Below are positions 61,512 through 64,000 of a stretch of DNA of 64,000 nt, piece after piece. Positions within the stretch are counted from its first letter, which is position 1, and the number at the start of each line of letters is the position of its first letter. The position numbers were made by a program, and so were the translations under genes. Below the pieces are notes generated by a model. That model was not told the DNA's origin and searched no databases. It worked only from the letters and a program-made list of their open reading frames with translations. Origin of the DNA: an uncultured Gemmatimonadales bacterium (GTDB taxonomy: Bacteria > Gemmatimonadota > Gemmatimonadetes > Gemmatimonadales > GWC2-71-9); contig CAVSTR010000004.1 of NCBI GenBank assembly GCA_963730915.1, positions 407,014-471,013 of the forward strand. Direction: 5' to 3'.

Positions 61512-62411
61512 ATGAACGGAGACACGCTGGTCGGTCGGACAGTCGCCGGATACCACCTCAAGCGATATGTCGGCGAAGGCGGCACAGCGACCGTCTATCG
61601 CGCCGAGCACCCGGAACGTGGTACGGCGGCAGTGAAGATCCTTCGCTCCCGCCTGTCGGGAGACCCGGTTGCCGTCAAGCGATTCCTTCGGGAAGCGGAA
61701 TATGGTGCCCGCGTCACCCACCCCAACATTGTCAGAGCTTACGACTACGGGCAAACAGACGGCCTCCACTATCTGGCGCTCGAGTGGGCCGAGGGTGAAC
61801 CGCTAGCGGAGTTCGTCAACCGGTCGGGACAGCTTGCGCCGCCACTCGTGGCCAAGATCGTCGAGCAAATCGGAGCCGCTCTCACGGCGGCCCACCAGGC
61901 CGGCATCATTCACCGCGATCTCAAACCAGCCAACATCATGTACAACCCGGCCGAGCAGACTGCCAAGCTGCTCGACTTCGGCATAGCCCGCGACTCGGAC
62001 TCCAGCCCGGAAGAGCGTCTGACGCGGGCCGGCTTCTTCGTGGGAACACTCCAATATGTGGCCCCGGAGACCCTGAGTGGCGAGCTGGTGAAGGAACAGG
62101 CGGACGTTTACAGCCTCGCTACCATCACCTATTACCTGTTGACCGGATGCCTGCCATTCAATGGCAAGAGTCCACGTGAGTTGTTTCAGCAACTACTAAC
62201 GCAAGCTCCTGTGCCGCTTAATGAAGCACGAAAGGGATTGCGCTTTTCTCACGCCATTGAAGCCACTGTGATGAAAGGGTTGGAGCGAGACCTTTCCAAG
62301 CGCTGCAAATCAGTGGACGAGTTTGCAAAAGCCTTCTGCGCTGCGGCTCGGGAGGAAGCGCCGAAACGCACAGGCTTCCTGACGGGACTCTTCCGCAAGG
62401 GTAGCCCGTGA
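61512..62411 (+). CDS. Ser/Thr protein kinase (catalytic domain only)
   Basis: GEGGTATVY..AVKIL, HRDLKPANIM, DFGIA, GTLQYVAPE. Confidence 0.9.
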   Translation: MNGDTLVGRTVAGYHLKRYVGEGGTATVYRAEHPERGTAAVKILRSRLSGDPVAVKRFLREAEYGARVTHPNIVRAYDYGQTDGLHYLALEWAEGEPLAEFVNRSGQLAPPLVAKIVEQIGAALTAAHQAGIIHRDLKPANIMYNPAEQTAKLLDFGIARDSDSSPEERLTRAGFFVGTLQYVAPETLSGELVKEQADVYSLATITYYLLTGCLPFNGKSPRELFQQLLTQAPVPLNEARKGLRFSHAIEATVMKGLERDLSKRCKSVDEFAKAFCAAAREEAPKRTGFLTGLFRKGSP

Positions 62412-62959
62412 CCGATCGGGAGTCGCTTCGCCGGCTGCTCCTGGAGCGCTCTGTTCGCCGCGGTGACTTCGTTCTGGCATCAGGTCAACGATCTTCCTAC
62501 TACATAGACTGTCGGCTCGCGACGATGTCGGCGCCTGGGATGGTGCTGATCGGTCGCCTTGGACTGTCTGCGATTGCGGCGGCCGGGTGGCGCCCGGCGG
62601 CAGTCGGCGGGCTTACCATGGGGGCTGATCCTGTTGCCTATGCAGTGGCAGCGGCAAGCTTCGGCACCGACTCGCCGGTCGATGCGTTTAGCGTGCGCAA
62701 GGAATCAAAGGATCACGGCACGGGCCGCATGATCGAAGGGAACTTCGAGCCTGGGATGGCGGTGGTGGTGGTCGAAGACGTGATCACCTCCGGCGGCTCC
62801 GCACGGAAGGCGGCGGCGGCAGTAGAAAGCGCCGGCGGCAGAGTCTTGGGTATTCTCGCGGTGGTCGACCGTGAGGAGGGGGGCAGGGTGACACTCGAAG
62901 GCGAGGGGCGGGCCGTCGTAGCGCTGACCACAGCCACCGAGCTCGGCCTGAACCGGTGA
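62408..62959 (+). CDS. pyrE: Orotate phosphoribosyltransferase
   Basis: PRPP-binding motif VVVVEDVITSGGS, with the usual length and N-terminal pattern. Confidence 0.88.
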   Translation: MTDRESLRRLLLERSVRRGDFVLASGQRSSYYIDCRLATMSAPGMVLIGRLGLSAIAAAGWRPAAVGGLTMGADPVAYAVAAASFGTDSPVDAFSVRKESKDHGTGRMIEGNFEPGMAVVVVEDVITSGGSARKAAAAVESAGGRVLGILAVVDREEGGRVTLEGEGRAVVALTTATELGLNR

Positions 62960-63354
62960 AGCGAGGCAAGATCAGCCGTTTAGTCCCTGCACTCGCGGCG
63001 CTCGCAGCGTTTCTGTGGGCAGCGAAGTCAGCCCACGATTCCTCGATGCCTGAGTTCAAGGTGTACGATGGCTACTGGATGATGCTGGGAGCGGCGCTTG
63101 CGGTCGGCTTTGTCGCTCCCATGGTGTGGCGCTGGCCGCGCGAACGATCGCTTCCTCTGGTGGTGATCGCTTCGGTCGTCGGAAGCGTGGTGCCTCTTAT
63201 GATCTCCGCCCTGACGCATAACCTTCCCATCATGGCTCGGCTGCGCGGCTCCTGGATGCTGGCCGGGGCAGACCTGGTGGGCCCGGCCGTGATAGTCGGC
63301 TTCACGTGCCTGTGGCTTGCTGTCCGAGATGAAGCACCCGGGAGGCAACGCTGA
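62956..63354 (+). CDS. Hypothetical membrane protein (4 TM)
   Basis: Hydrophobic segments and a 4-nt overlap with pyrE. Confidence 0.6.
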   Translation: MKRGKISRLVPALAALAAFLWAAKSAHDSSMPEFKVYDGYWMMLGAALAVGFVAPMVWRWPRERSLPLVVIASVVGSVVPLMISALTHNLPIMARLRGSWMLAGADLVGPAVIVGFTCLWLAVRDEAPGRQR

Positions 63355-63401
63355 ACAGAGACATTCTGGCCATCTATCTCAACGATCATCTTGCCGGCTC
63401 G

Positions 63402-63833
63402 GTGGCGGCACTCGAAGTGGTGGACCGCCTCATCCGGCTGTCCCAGGGGACGGATCGCGAACATCTGTTTCGCGGCCTCAGGGCCGAGATCGAAGAGGAT
63501 CAGCAGATCGTCAAGCTCTTGATCCGGAGTATGGGCGGCAAGGAGAGCAAGATGCGAAAGGCCGCGGCATGGCTAACCGAGAAGGTCGGTGAGGCCAAGC
63601 TCGAGTGGGACGACAGCGGAAATGGCCAGCTTCGGCTGCTCGAAGCGCTCGAGACTTTGGGATTGGGGATCCAAGGCAAGATGGGCTTGTGGCGGGCACT
63701 GAGCGCTGCGTCGAGCCAGGAACCCGAGATTGCGAAACTGGATCTGGCTCGGCTCGAGCGCCGCGCTCGCGATCAATTCGAGAGGGTAGAGGCCCAGCGC
63801 CTCCTCGTCGCGCGGGCGGCCTTCGGAGTCTAG
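63402..63833 (+). CDS. Hypothetical helical protein; the true start probably lies upstream (open frame from 63333)
   Basis: ORF track entry. The in-frame upstream codons read ..LNRDILAIYLNDHLAGS-VAALEVV and look like part of the protein. Confidence 0.55.
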   Translation: MAALEVVDRLIRLSQGTDREHLFRGLRAEIEEDQQIVKLLIRSMGGKESKMRKAAAWLTEKVGEAKLEWDDSGNGQLRLLEALETLGLGIQGKMGLWRALSAASSQEPEIAKLDLARLERRARDQFERVEAQRLLVARAAFGV

Positions 63834-63858
63834 TATCACCCTGCGCCGAGGAGGCGGT

Positions 63859-64000
63859 ATGGATGAGGATGTCTTCAACCTGGAGCTCAGAAAATTTCTC
63901 AAACGCTTCGGTGTGACGGCGCAGCGCGAAATCGAGAAAGCTGTCGCAACCGCGTTGGAGCAGGGAGCTCTGACCGGGAACGAGGTTCTGGCAGTCCACG
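63859..64000 (+). CDS. Small hypothetical protein, 3' end off the window
   Basis: GAGGAGG RBS. My own translation: MDEDVFNLELRKFLKRFGVTAQREIEKAVATALEQGALTGNEVLAVH.. Confidence 0.5.
   Translation, partial: MDEDVFNLELRKFLKRFGVTAQREIEKAVATALEQGALTGNEVLAVH

Overview
High-GC (about two thirds G+C by eye) bacterial chromosomal segment. Gene content suggests a Gemmatimonadota- or Acidobacteriota-like organism: GWxTD protein, Ser/Thr kinase fused to a TolB-like/TPR module, bacilliredoxin next to a SUF operon, and parAB-mnmG. That taxon call is inference only. All family calls come from reading motifs in the translations; no search was run.

Layout:
- 0-7 kb: kinase, NPP phosphodiesterase, a TetR/SDR pair, epoxide hydrolase.
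- 7-26 kb: an accessory-looking stretch with an ABC exporter, SDR, Bfd-like protein, GAF histidine kinase, a zinc-uptake-like cluster, a copZ/copA/csoR copper locus, DHS-like plus LOG genes, and NDH-2.
- 26-64 kb: compact housekeeping genes. These include queG, a nucleoside-type ABC importer, bactofilin, an M23 peptidase, parB, parA with two parS sites, mnmG, sufR-BCDSU, def, a patatin/beta-barrel protein, RNase D, polA and pyrE.

Three things stand out.
1. A family of at least 8 intergenic cassettes is built from short tandem 7-8 nt units (GTGAGCGG, GTAAGCGG, GGGGCGGC, GTCGGAGG, GTGAAGA) arranged as long inverted arms. One cassette carries a four-helix-bundle ORF (23S rRNA IVS protein / Avd-like) in its loop. 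Two carry a shared ~65-nt core.
2. About 20 single-base frameshifts sit in 7-26 kb, and I saw none in 26-64 kb.
3. Two low-GC non-coding islands remain unexplained (6.6-7.25 kb and 39.3-39.75 kb).

I found no rRNA, tRNA, CRISPR array, transposase or integrase.
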